Shown: positions 18,459 through 27,518 of the stretch, piece after piece
Layout of the letters: the number at the start of each line of letters is the position of its first letter
How positions within the stretch are numbered: the first letter of the stretch is position 1
NCBI RefSeq assembly: GCF_003675875.1
Contig: NZ_RCDI01000002.1
Location: forward strand, 124,786-188,785
Source: Halostella limicola
Lineage (GTDB): Archaea; Halobacteriota; Halobacteria; Halobacteriales; Natronoarchaeaceae
Direction of reading: 5' to 3'
Length of the DNA stretch: 64,000 nucleotides
The notes under the pieces: model-generated
Database searches by the model: none
What the model saw: only the letters and a program-made list of their open reading frames with translations
What the model was told of the DNA's origin: nothing
Position numbers and translations under genes: made by a program

Positions 18459-19696
18459 GCACGAGCAAGTTCGGAGAGTACGGCGGACAGTACGTGCCGG
18501 AGGCGCTGATGCCGGCCATCGAGGAACTGGAGGACGCCTACGAGCGGTACGTCCTCGACAACGAGGACGGCTTCATGGACGAGTTCCGGCGGCGGCTCCG
18601 GGACTTCGGCGGTCGGCCGACGCCCCTGCAGCACGCGGAACAGCTGTCGGAGCGCTACGACGCGGAGGTGTACCTCAAGCGCGAGGACCTCGTCCACGGC
18701 GGCGCGCACAAGCTGAACAACGCGCTCGGGCAGGTCCTGCTGGCGAAGTACATGGGCAAGGACCGCATCGTCGCCGAGACGGGCGCGGGGCAACACGGCA
18801 CCGCGACGGCGATGGCCGCGGCCCACCTCGGGATGCCCTGCGAGATCTACATGGGCGAGCGCGACATCAACCGCCAGCGTCCCAACGTGTTCCGCATGCG
18901 GCTCAACGGGGCCGAGGTGAACACCGTGACCGTGGGGCGGGGCACGCTGAAGGAGGCCATCAACGAGACGATGCGCGACTGGGCGACGAACGTCGAGGAC
19001 ACCCACTACGTCATCGGGAGCATCGTCGGCCCGCACCCGTTCCCGGTGATGGTGCGGGACTTCCAGTCGGTGATAAGCGAGGAGGCCCGCGAGCAGATCC
19101 GGGAGCGGGCGGGGCGACTCCCGGACAGCGTCCTCGCCTGCGCGGGCGGCGGGTCGAACACGATGGGCGCCTTCCACGAGTTCGTCGGCGACGAGGAGGT
19201 CGACCTCTACGCCGTCGAGGCCGGCGGCAGTTCGCTGGAAGTCGACGAGAAGGAGGGCGTCGCGCCGAACTCCGCGTCGCTGTCGACCGGCGACGAGGGG
19301 GTGCTCCACGGCGCGCGCACCAAACTTCTGCAGGACTCCGACGGCCAGATCATGGAGTCGCACAGCGTCTCCTCGGGGCTGGACTACGCCGGCGTCGGGC
19401 CGGAGCTCGCCCACCTCGTCGACGAGGGGCGGGTGACGCCCGTCAACGTCGACGACGAGGGCGCGCTGGAGGCGTTCCACCGCCTCTCGCAGGAGGAGGG
19501 GATCATCCCGGCGCTGGAGACGGCCCACGCGTTCGGCTTCGCCCACGAGAACCCCGAGAAGCTCGGCGACGTGACCGTGATCAACGTCTCCGGGCGGGGC
19601 GACAAGGACCTCGAATCGGTCATCGAGGAGAGCGCGAAGCGCGACCTGGAGGCCGCGCCCGACATGGACGTGTTCGAGGGAGGTGCCGGCCTGTGA
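18455..19696 (+). CDS. trpB: Tryptophan synthase beta chain
   Basis: The PLP-Lys motif [13 protein letters not shown] and GAGQHG are present. A 4-bp ATGA overlap with trpC and a GTGA overlap with trpA indicate translational coupling. Confidence 0.95.
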   Translation: MSTSKFGEYGGQYVPEALMPAIEELEDAYERYVLDNEDGFMDEFRRRLRDFGGRPTPLQHAEQLSERYDAEVYLKREDLVHGGAHKLNNALGQVLLAKYMGKDRIVAETGAGQHGTATAMAAAHLGMPCEIYMGERDINRQRPNVFRMRLNGAEVNTVTVGRGTLKEAINETMRDWATNVEDTHYVIGSIVGPHPFPVMVRDFQSVISEEAREQIRERAGRLPDSVLACAGGGSNTMGAFHEFVGDEEVDLYAVEAGGSSLEVDEKEGVAPNSASLSTGDEGVLHGARTKLLQDSDGQIMESHSVSSGLDYAGVGPELAHLVDEGRVTPVNVDDEGALEAFHRLSQEEGIIPALETAHAFGFAHENPEKLGDVTVINVSGRGDKDLESVIEESAKRDLEAAPDMDVFEGGAGL

Positions 19697-20529
19697 GCCG
19701 GATCGACGAGGCGTTCGCAGACGGCCCCGCGTTCGTCCCGTATCTGGCCGTCGGCGACCCGGACTACGAGTCCTCGAAGGCCTACGTCGAGGCGCTGGCC
19801 CGCGGCGGCGCGGACGTCATCGAGCTCGGCCTGCCGTTCTCCGAACCCGTCGCCGAGGGGCCGACAATCCAGGGCGCGGTGACCCGCGCGCTCGACGCGG
19901 GGATGACCCCCGAGAAGTTCTTCGAGTTCGTCGAGGAACTGGACGTGGACGTGCCGCTGGTCTGCATGACGTACTACAACCTGATCTACCAGTTCGGAGA
20001 CAACCCCGGTCCCCGCCCGTTCGTCGAGCGCGCGGCGGCGGCCGGCATCGAGGGCTTCGTCGTCCCGGACCTGCCGGCCGAGGAGGCCGACCCGCTCCGG
20101 GAGGCCTGCGACGACCTCGGTCTCGACCTCGTGTTTATCGTCGCGCCGACGACGGAGGGCGAGCGCCTGCAGCGCATCATGGACCAGGTGTCGGGCTACG
20201 TGTACGTGCAGGCCCGCCTGGGCGTCACCGGCGCGCGCGACGACGTGAGCGACCAGACGGACGAGGCGCTCGCCCGCCTGGAAGAGTGGGGCGTGCCGAA
20301 GGCGGTCGGCTTCGGCATCAAGACCGGCGAGCACGCAGAGCGCATCGTCGAGGGCGGCGCGGACGGCATCATCGTCGGCTCCGCGCTGGTCGACATCGTC
20401 GCCGAGGGCCACGGGGAGGGCCGCCCCGCCGAGGACGTCGCGGCGGACCTCGAAGCGAAGGCCCGGGAACTCAAGGAGGGCGCGGAGTCCGGGTACGCGC
20501 AACGCGTGCCAGAACCAGAACACACATAA
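19693..20529 (+). CDS. trpA: Tryptophan synthase alpha chain
   Basis: Has the TIM-barrel TrpA signature ([23 protein letters not shown]). The GTG start overlaps the trpB stop. Confidence 0.9.
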   Translation: MSRIDEAFADGPAFVPYLAVGDPDYESSKAYVEALARGGADVIELGLPFSEPVAEGPTIQGAVTRALDAGMTPEKFFEFVEELDVDVPLVCMTYYNLIYQFGDNPGPRPFVERAAAAGIEGFVVPDLPAEEADPLREACDDLGLDLVFIVAPTTEGERLQRIMDQVSGYVYVQARLGVTGARDDVSDQTDEALARLEEWGVPKAVGFGIKTGEHAERIVEGGADGIIVGSALVDIVAEGHGEGRPAEDVAADLEAKARELKEGAESGYAQRVPEPEHT

Positions 20530-20556
20530 CCTGCACTTGCCACAGTTTCACATACC

Positions 20557-21351
20557 ATGAGCAGCGGAATCGACGCACGTCTGACACGCATCGGGACAGA
20601 CGGAAACTACGTCATCGTCCCGATGGACCACGGCATCACACTCGGCCCGGTAAAGGGCCTGAAAGACATCGAGTCCACCATCGACGCGGTGACGCGAGGC
20701 GGGGCGGACGCCGTCCTCACCCAGAAGGGGATCGCCCCGCGCGTCCACGACAACAAGAACGGCAAGGGCTACATCGTCCACCTGAACGCCTCTACTTCTA
20801 TCGGCCCCGACTCGAACGACAAGCGCATGACCGGCACCGTCGAGGAGGCGGTCCGGGCCGGCGCGGACGCCGTCTCGTTTCACATCAACGTCGGCAGCGA
20901 CCACGAGCCCGACCAGATCACCCAGCTCTCTGAGGTCACCGACGAGGCCGACCGCCTCGGCATGCCGGTGCTGGCGATGGCCTACGCGCGCGGCCCCGGT
21001 GTCGACTCCGAGGACCCGGAGGCGCTGGGCCACGCCGTCCGCCTCGCCGAAGAGGTCGGCGCGGACGTCGTGAAGACGGGCTACAGCGGCGACGCAGAGA
21101 GCTTCGAACACGTCTGCGAGTCCACGCGCCTCCCGGTCGTCATCGCCGGCGGGAGCAAGGGCACCGACCGCGAGACGCTGTCGATGGTCCGCGGCGCGAT
21201 GGACGCCGGCGGCGCTGGCATCTCGATGGGCCGGTCCATCTTCCAGCACGACGACCCCGAGGCGATCGCGCGCGGCGTCGCCGCTATCGTCCACGACGAC
21301 GCGAGCGTCGACGAGGCGCTCCGCAAAGCCGGCCTGGCCGTCGAAGCCTGA
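20557..21351 (+). CDS. aroA': 2-amino-3,7-dideoxy-D-threo-hept-6-ulosonate synthase-like class I aldolase (AroA'/DhnA family)
   Basis: DhnA-type aldolase, with VKTGY and the Schiff-base Lys region. It lies next to trpCBA and aroB', the arrangement known for the archaeal alternative shikimate entry pathway. Confidence 0.8.
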   Translation: MSSGIDARLTRIGTDGNYVIVPMDHGITLGPVKGLKDIESTIDAVTRGGADAVLTQKGIAPRVHDNKNGKGYIVHLNASTSIGPDSNDKRMTGTVEEAVRAGADAVSFHINVGSDHEPDQITQLSEVTDEADRLGMPVLAMAYARGPGVDSEDPEALGHAVRLAEEVGADVVKTGYSGDAESFEHVCESTRLPVVIAGGSKGTDRETLSMVRGAMDAGGAGISMGRSIFQHDDPEAIARGVAAIVHDDASVDEALRKAGLAVEA

Positions 21352-21401
21352 CCGGTAAGTTCCCCTACCGTTTTTTCCCTCCCCCGGCGTACGGCTCGCA
21401 C

Positions 21402-22178
21402 ATGGGTCAAACGACATTCGACTTCGACGGCGAGACGGTGATCGTCACGGGCGGTAGCTCCGGCATCGGCCGGGCAATCGCGCTCGCGTTCGGCGACGCC
21501 GGCGCGACGGTGATAAACGCCGACCTGCGCGAGGACCCGAAGGACGTCGACGCCGACCTGCCGACCCACGAGGCGATCGAGGAGGGCGGCGGGCGCGCCG
21601 AGTTCGTCGGGACCGACGTGAGCGACCCGGCGGAGATCGAGGCGGTCGTCGAGGCCGCCCGCGAGTTCGGCGGCGTCGACGTGATGGTGAACAACGCCGG
21701 CCTGTTCATCGAGGGCGGGTTCCGCGAGATAACGGCCGAGGAGTTCGACCAGATCCACGGCGTGAACGCGAAGGGCGTCTTCTTCGGCTGTCAGGCCGCC
21801 GCGAACGACATGATCGACCGCGGCGAGGGCGGGGCCATCGTCAACACCGCGTCGATCAGCTCCAACCTCGCCCAGCACGGGCAGGTGCAGTACGACTCCA
21901 CGAAGGGCGCGGTACGGATGATCACCCGCGGCGCGGCGCTGGAGCTCGCGGAGCACGACATCCGCGTCAACGCCGTCGCGCCCGGCCAGATCGCGACGGA
22001 GTTCCTCGAAGGGTGGACCGAGGAGGCGAACGAGGGCGACTTCCTCAAGCCCGTCCCGCAGGGCCGGGCCGGCCGACCCGAGGACGTGGCGGACGCCGCG
22101 CTATTTCTCGCGAGCGAAGGCGCAGGATACACCACCGGCGAACTGCTCCACGTCGACGGCGGGTGGCAGATCTGCTGA
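21402..22178 (+). CDS. SDR family NAD(P)-dependent oxidoreductase
   Basis: Has TGGSSGIGRA (Rossmann), NNAG, and the catalytic S...YxxxK triad (YDSTK). Confidence 0.9.
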   Translation: MGQTTFDFDGETVIVTGGSSGIGRAIALAFGDAGATVINADLREDPKDVDADLPTHEAIEEGGGRAEFVGTDVSDPAEIEAVVEAAREFGGVDVMVNNAGLFIEGGFREITAEEFDQIHGVNAKGVFFGCQAAANDMIDRGEGGAIVNTASISSNLAQHGQVQYDSTKGAVRMITRGAALELAEHDIRVNAVAPGQIATEFLEGWTEEANEGDFLKPVPQGRAGRPEDVADAALFLASEGAGYTTGELLHVDGGWQIC

Positions 22179-22256
22179 GACGGAACGCCTGCCGAGCCGT
22201 GCTATCGGGGAGCACACCCCCGTAACGCCTTTCGTCGCCCCATCGGAGCCACAAGT

Positions 22257-23039
22257 ATGGTCGACAGCGACCACGGCTATCACGGCGAACGGGTCCGCTT
22301 CTACGACGCACAGATGGCCGCGGCGAACCGGGACGACGCCGCGTTCTACGTCGACCGCGCGTTGGGGGCCGAGGGGCCGGCGCTCGAACTCGCCTGCGGC
22401 ACCGGCCGCGTGTACCTCGACCAGCTCCGCGCGGGCGTCGACGCTGATGGCCTCGATGCGTCCGCCGACGCGCTCGCGCTCCTCCGTGAGAAGGCGGCCG
22501 AGGAGGGTCTCGATCCGACCGTGTGGGAAGCCGACATGAGCGAGTTCCGCGTCGACCGCGAGTACGGCCTCGTCTACTGCCCGTTCAACGCCGTTCAGCA
22601 CCTCCGGACGGTCGAGGAGCAAACCACCGCGCTCAGGCGGATCCATGAGGCCCTCGCGCCCGGCGGCGAGTTCGTCTTCGACGTGTTCGTTCCCGGCTTC
22701 GACGTGATCTGCGAGGAGTACGGCGAGTGGCGCGAAGAGCGGACGGAGTTCCGCGGCGAGGACCACGAGTACCGGACGCGGACCCGCGTCGTCGACGAGG
22801 TGGAACAGGAGATCCTCGTCGAGAACGAACTGTACGCCCCCGAGAGAGACGGGGAAGACGGCGGCGAGCGGGTGTTCGCCGAGAGCCACCGGCTGAAGCT
22901 GCTGCCGAAGCGTGAAGTGGAGTTGCTGGTCCGGGCGTCGCCCTTCGAGACGTGGGAGGTCGCGGGCGGCTTCGACGGCGCGCCGCTTTCGGACGGTGAC
23001 ACGACGCAGGTGTGGACGCTCCGGAAGGCCGACGCGTAG
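22257..23039 (+). CDS. Class I SAM-dependent methyltransferase
   Basis: Motif I is LELACGTGR. Motif II/III is VYCPFNAV...LAPGGEFVF. Confidence 0.85.
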   Translation: MVDSDHGYHGERVRFYDAQMAAANRDDAAFYVDRALGAEGPALELACGTGRVYLDQLRAGVDADGLDASADALALLREKAAEEGLDPTVWEADMSEFRVDREYGLVYCPFNAVQHLRTVEEQTTALRRIHEALAPGGEFVFDVFVPGFDVICEEYGEWREERTEFRGEDHEYRTRTRVVDEVEQEILVENELYAPERDGEDGGERVFAESHRLKLLPKREVELLVRASPFETWEVAGGFDGAPLSDGDTTQVWTLRKADA

Positions 23040-23115
23040 GCGGACCGCCGTGCGACGCGCGGCCGGTACTGACGATTCCGCCACGTTCATGCCCGCCCCA
23101 TTCGAGTGGTGCAAT

Positions 23116-24291
23116 ATGACACGATCAGTGTGGCTCAAAGCCGACGACAGCGTCGGCGACTGGGACGCGCGACGGAAGCGGATCACCGCCGGCCTCGAGT
23201 CGGGGGTGGACTGGGTGCTCGTCGACGAGGGGGACGTCGACAGGGTGCGCGAACTCGGCGACGTGAACGTGGCCGCCTTCCGCACCGGCGGCGACGTCGA
23301 CGTGATCGACGACGTCGAGGAGAGCGAGGGGGGCCGCGCCGACGCCTACGTCGTCGGCAAGGAGGGCGAGGGCGACGGCTCCGTCGACCTGCCGAACGAC
23401 TTCTCCGGCTCCGCGGACCTCTCGACGCTCCGCCGCGAGGACGAGCGCGCCGACGGCGCGTACGTCCGCATCTTCGACGAGGACTACGAGGCGTTCGCCG
23501 AAGCCGCAGCGCGGGACGCGGAGTACACCATCATCGTCGGCGAGGACTGGACGATCATCCCGCTGGAGAACCTCATCGCGCGGATCGGCGAGGAGACGGA
23601 ACTGATCGCCGGCGTCACGACCGCCGAGGAGGCTAAGACCGCCTTCGAGACGCTGGAGATCGGTGCCGACGCCGTCCTGCTGGACACTGACGACCCCGAC
23701 CAGATCCGCGAGACCTGCGCGGTGCGCGACGAGGCCGAGCGCGAGACGCTCGATCTGGAGTACGCCGAGGTGCTGACCGTCGAGCGCGCTGGCAGCGCCG
23801 ACCGCGTCTGCGTCGACACCGGGTCGCTGATGGACCACGACGAGGGGATGCTCGTCGGGTCGATGTCCCGCGGTCTCGTGTTCGTCCACGCCGAGACCGC
23901 GGAGTCGCCGTACGTCGCCTCCCGACCGTTCCGCGTCAACGCCGGCGCGGTCCACGCCTACGTCCGCACGCCCGACGGCGGCACGAAGTACCTCTCGGAG
24001 GTCCGGAGCGGCGACGAGGTCCAGATCGTCGACACCGACGGCAACACCCGCGAGGCGATCGTCGGCCGGGCGAAGATCGAGCAGCGGCCGATGTTCCGGG
24101 TCGAGTTCGAGGCCGAGAACGGCGACCGCTTCGAGACGCTCATCCAGAACGCCGAGACCGTCAAGGTCGCGACCGAGGACGGCCGCACCGCGGTCACCGA
24201 CCTGGAGGCCGGCGATCAGGTCAAGGTGTACTACGAGGACACGGCTCGGCACTTCGGCGAGGCCGTCGAGGAGAGCATCATCGAGAAGTAA
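23116..24291 (+). CDS. aroB': 3-dehydroquinate synthase II (archaeal type)
   Basis: The N-terminus MTRSVWLKADD and the overall length (~390 aa) match archaeal DHQ synthase II. It is syntenic with aroA'. Confidence 0.85.
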   Translation: MTRSVWLKADDSVGDWDARRKRITAGLESGVDWVLVDEGDVDRVRELGDVNVAAFRTGGDVDVIDDVEESEGGRADAYVVGKEGEGDGSVDLPNDFSGSADLSTLRREDERADGAYVRIFDEDYEAFAEAAARDAEYTIIVGEDWTIIPLENLIARIGEETELIAGVTTAEEAKTAFETLEIGADAVLLDTDDPDQIRETCAVRDEAERETLDLEYAEVLTVERAGSADRVCVDTGSLMDHDEGMLVGSMSRGLVFVHAETAESPYVASRPFRVNAGAVHAYVRTPDGGTKYLSEVRSGDEVQIVDTDGNTREAIVGRAKIEQRPMFRVEFEAENGDRFETLIQNAETVKVATEDGRTAVTDLEAGDQVKVYYEDTARHFGEAVEESIIEK

Positions 24292-24310
24292 TCGCCGCGT
24301 CGGACCCCGA

Positions 24311-24721
24311 TCAAGGCTCGGCGCGCTCCGCGCGGTCGTCCTCGCCGGGGACGTCGAGCCGCGTCGTGCACCAGTGACAGAACTCCAGGTCCTCGTCGAT
24401 CTCGCTCCCGCAGTGGGGGCAGTGGACCGCGTTCGGGTCGAACTGCGCCTGCTGCACCGAGATGACGTAGGCGTCGATCATGTTGAACAGCGTCAGCGAC
24501 AGCAGGATGAACTGCTCCGCTGTAGAGAGCTTCTCGACGGTGGCCGCGAGGTTCTCCATGGCCGTCCCGCCCGTCGCGGGGTCGGGCATCAGGAGGAACG
24601 ACGCCGAGAGGGAGAGCGCGACCCACATGACCGATCGCACCCACTGACGCAGGTACGCGTGGCCGAGACCGGGGAAGACGAACGCGAGGCCGACCGCGAT
24701 GATCGATCGCAGATGAACCAT
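24311..24721 (-). CDS. Membrane protein with C-terminal zinc ribbon
   Basis: Three N-terminal TM helices are followed by CPHCGSEIDEDLEFCHWCTTRL. The start is chosen at MVHLRSI. The upstream Arg-rich ORF extension is not coding-like. Confidence 0.6.
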   Translation of the reverse strand: MVHLRSIIAVGLAFVFPGLGHAYLRQWVRSVMWVALSLSASFLLMPDPATGGTAMENLAATVEKLSTAEQFILLSLTLFNMIDAYVISVQQAQFDPNAVHCPHCGSEIDEDLEFCHWCTTRLDVPGEDDRAERAEP

Positions 24722-24750
24722 TCTGACGGGTGATACCGACCCGTCGCTGG

Positions 24751-25434
24751 TTAAACTTCGGGTTTCGACCGCAAGTCCTCGACTAACCGCCGGAGCGTCG
24801 CGAGGTCGTACTGGCCGGGCGCGGTCGCCTCGTCGGGGTCGACCGGCGCGTACCCGATCCGCGAGCCGTACACCGGCGCGACGGCGCGGGAGTGCCGGCC
24901 CGGCTCGCCCATCGCCATCGTCGCCACGGACTCGCCCTGCGCGCTGAACTCGCGGGTGAGCATCAGAAGCGTCAGCACGTCCGCGGGGTCGTTCGCCGTC
25001 ACCGCGAGTTTCCCCACGTCGGCGTTCCCGACGGCGTCGGCGAGCATGCCCCGCATCTCGTCGGCCGACGGCGTCCCGTCGAAGTCGTGGATGGAGGCGA
25101 TGGCCGCCGCGTCGTGCTCGCGCGCGTGGTCGACGACCCCGCTCCCGCCGCCGTGGCGGACGGCGTTCAGCTCCACGTCGACGGCCTCGACGAGGTCGTG
25201 CTCCGCGGCGGCCGCGAGGTCGTCGAGGCGCCCGGCGTCGTCCGCCTCGCCGCCCTCCCACTCCGCGCGGTTGGTCGCGATGAGCGGGAGGACGCCGTCG
25301 TAGTCGTCGAGCTGTTCGAGCGGGTCCTCGGCAAGATCCATCCGGAACTCGACGGCGTCCGCGTGCTCGCGGGCGTCGGCTTCGTCGTCCAGGTCGGCGG
25401 TCGCCGCCGCGAGGACGAACGAGTCGAAGTCCAT
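24751..25434 (-). CDS. aroD: 3-dehydroquinate dehydratase, type I
   Basis: The N-terminus is AVEFRMDL. A Lys in the AVTANDPADV region is consistent with a type I Schiff-base enzyme. Start at MDFDSF. Confidence 0.8.
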   Translation of the reverse strand: MDFDSFVLAAATADLDDEADAREHADAVEFRMDLAEDPLEQLDDYDGVLPLIATNRAEWEGGEADDAGRLDDLAAAAEHDLVEAVDVELNAVRHGGGSGVVDHAREHDAAAIASIHDFDGTPSADEMRGMLADAVGNADVGKLAVTANDPADVLTLLMLTREFSAQGESVATMAMGEPGRHSRAVAPVYGSRIGYAPVDPDEATAPGQYDLATLRRLVEDLRSKPEV

Positions 25435-25514
25435 ATCCGGAGATGGCGGCGACGGGAGAAAAAAGGGACGTATCGTACCGGGAGAACCGAGAGGTCGGCC
25501 CGCTCGCCGGCCGG

Positions 25515-25628
25515 TCAGTCGGCGCTGTGGAGCGGGACGTGCCCGCAGCCGGGGCAGCCGTTGTGTTTGGTGGTTACGTAGCTCATCTCGCGACCGCACT
25601 GCGCGCAGTTGTAGGCGGGGTCAGTCAT
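25515..25628 (-). CDS. Small CPxCG-type zinc-finger protein (37 aa)
   Basis: Translates as MTDPAYNCAQCGREMSYVTTKHNGCPGCGHVPLHSAD. It has two CxxCG knuckles. Confidence 0.5.
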   Translation of the reverse strand: MTDPAYNCAQCGREMSYVTTKHNGCPGCGHVPLHSAD

Positions 25629-25805
25629 CACCTGTACACCAGTCACGGACGGGGATATGGGTTGCGTGACACCCGACGACGTGCGACGGCGTCTCACCTG
25701 TCAGTCGCCGGAACGGCGAGCGGTCCCGTCGCGGCGAACGCGCTGCTCACGGGCGGGTTTCCGAGAAGCGTCGTGTCGTCGTCGAACGACGGCGAAAACG
25801 AGTCG

Positions 25806-26774
25806 TTACGCCAGTCCGAGGCTCTCCTCGGCCTCCAGCAGTTCGTGGTACCGGTTGCGGATGGTGACCTCGGAGATGTCGGCGACCTCGCTGACGGCGG
25901 CCTGCGTGGTCTTCTCGTTGGTGAGCAGGGCGGCGGCGTAGACGGCGGCGGCCGCGAGGCCGACCGGCGACTTGCCGCTGTGGACGCCCTTCTCCTTGGC
26001 GTTCTGCAGGAGCTTGCGCGCGCGGTGCTCGGCCTCGTCGGAGAGGCCGAGGCCGGAGGCGAACCGCGGGACGTAGCTCTCGGGGTCGGCGGGCTTCACT
26101 TCGAGGCCGAGTTCGCGCACCACGTAGCGGTAGGTGCGGGCGACCTCGTTCTTCTCGACGCGGCTGACCTCAGCGATCTCGTCGAGGCTGCGCGGGACGC
26201 CGGCCTGGCGGGCGGCGGCGTAGACGCAGGCCGTCGAGACGCCCTCGATGGAGCGGCCCGGCAGCAGGTCCTCTTCGAGCGCGCGGCGGTAGATGACGCT
26301 GGCGGTCTCCCGGACGTTCTCCGGCAGGCCGAGCGCGGAGGCCATGCGGTCGATCTCGCCGAGCGCCTGCTTCAGGTTGCGCTCCTTGCTGTCGCGCGTG
26401 CGGAAGCGCTCGTTCCACTTGCGCAGGCGCTGCATCTTCTCGCGCTGGCGGGACCCCAGCGAGTTACCGTAGGCGTCCTTGTCGCGCCAGTCGATGTTGG
26501 TCGACAGCCCCTTGTCGTGCATCGTGTTCGTCGTTGGGGCGCCGACGCGGCTCTTCTGATTCTTCTCCTGTGCGTCGAAGGCACGCCACTCCGGGCCGCG
26601 GTCGACCGAGTCCTCCTCGACGACGAGGCCGCAGTCCTCGCAGACGGTTTCGCCGTGCTCCTCGTCGTTGACGAGCCGTCCGTTACACTCGGGACAGGAG
26701 AGGCTCTCGTCGGATTGCTCGGTCTCGCGTTCGTCTTCTGGCGTGCGTACGCGTGTTCGGGTGTTCTCAGTCAT
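25806..26774 (-). CDS. tfb: Transcription initiation factor IIB (TFB)
   Basis: Has an N-terminal zinc ribbon (CPECNGRL...CEDCG), a B-reader, and two cyclin-fold repeats. Start at MTENTRTR. Confidence 0.95.
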   Translation of the reverse strand: MTENTRTRVRTPEDERETEQSDESLSCPECNGRLVNDEEHGETVCEDCGLVVEEDSVDRGPEWRAFDAQEKNQKSRVGAPTTNTMHDKGLSTNIDWRDKDAYGNSLGSRQREKMQRLRKWNERFRTRDSKERNLKQALGEIDRMASALGLPENVRETASVIYRRALEEDLLPGRSIEGVSTACVYAAARQAGVPRSLDEIAEVSRVEKNEVARTYRYVVRELGLEVKPADPESYVPRFASGLGLSDEAEHRARKLLQNAKEKGVHSGKSPVGLAAAAVYAAALLTNEKTTQAAVSEVADISEVTIRNRYHELLEAEESLGLA

Positions 26775-27002
26775 TTGTACGAGAGGGCGGAAGCTGTCCG
26801 GGGAGGTCCGCTGGTAAAAATCCCGGAGTGAGTCCTTGCTAACGGAATTAGGAACACCGACATTTAAACGTTTCGGTATTTCGGGGTCGTCCCCGGCGAA
26901 ACGGCGGTTCGGCCCGGTTTCGGCGCGCCCGACGGGAAGGTTCAAACCGTCCGGTTCGGCCGGAACGACAACCTACACGTCGCCGGAGTCGGATCGCCCC
27001 GT

Positions 27003-27518
27003 ATGCGCGTCAGCGTCGGCAGCGGAAACCCGGTAAAAGTCGCAGCGACCGAGCGAGCCCTCGCGGACCGCGGCGAGGTCCGCGTCGACCCCGTCGCCGT
27101 CGACTCCGGCGTGAGCGAGCAGCCGACCGGTCACGCCGAGACGGTCGAGGGAGCCGTGAACCGCGCGGAGCGGGCCCTCGCGGCCGGCGACTACGACCTC
27201 GGCGTCGGCATCGAGGGCGGGGTCGCCCGGTTCGCCGGCACCGACGGCCTCTACCTGATCATGTGGGCGGCCGTCACCGACGGCGACCGCACGGGACGCG
27301 GGGCCGGGCCGAGCCTCCGCTTGCCGGGAGACGTCGCCGACCGCGTGGACGCCGGCGAGGAACTCGGCCCGGTGATGGACGACCTGCTCGGCGAGGACGG
27401 AGTGGCGCGGGACCAGGGGGCGGCCGGCGCGCTCACGGACGGCATCGTCGACAGGGAGTCCGCGCTCGCCCACGCCGTCGCGGGGGCGCTCGGGCCGTTC
27501 GTCACGCCGCACTACTAG
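27003..27518 (+). CDS. Inosine/xanthosine triphosphatase (YjjX/DUF84 non-canonical NTPase)
   Basis: The N-terminus VSVGSGNPVKV and E..G..R motifs are present. 171 aa. Confidence 0.7.
   Translation: MRVSVGSGNPVKVAATERALADRGEVRVDPVAVDSGVSEQPTGHAETVEGAVNRAERALAAGDYDLGVGIEGGVARFAGTDGLYLIMWAAVTDGDRTGRGAGPSLRLPGDVADRVDAGEELGPVMDDLLGEDGVARDQGAAGALTDGIVDRESALAHAVAGALGPFVTPHY

Noticed and set aside
24722-25261. Long Arg-rich N-terminal extension of the 24311-25261 minus ORF, overlapping aroD
   Set aside because: The extension is RRRG-rich junk that overlaps the well-supported aroD gene. Only the C-terminal 136 aa (membrane plus zinc ribbon) look genuine.
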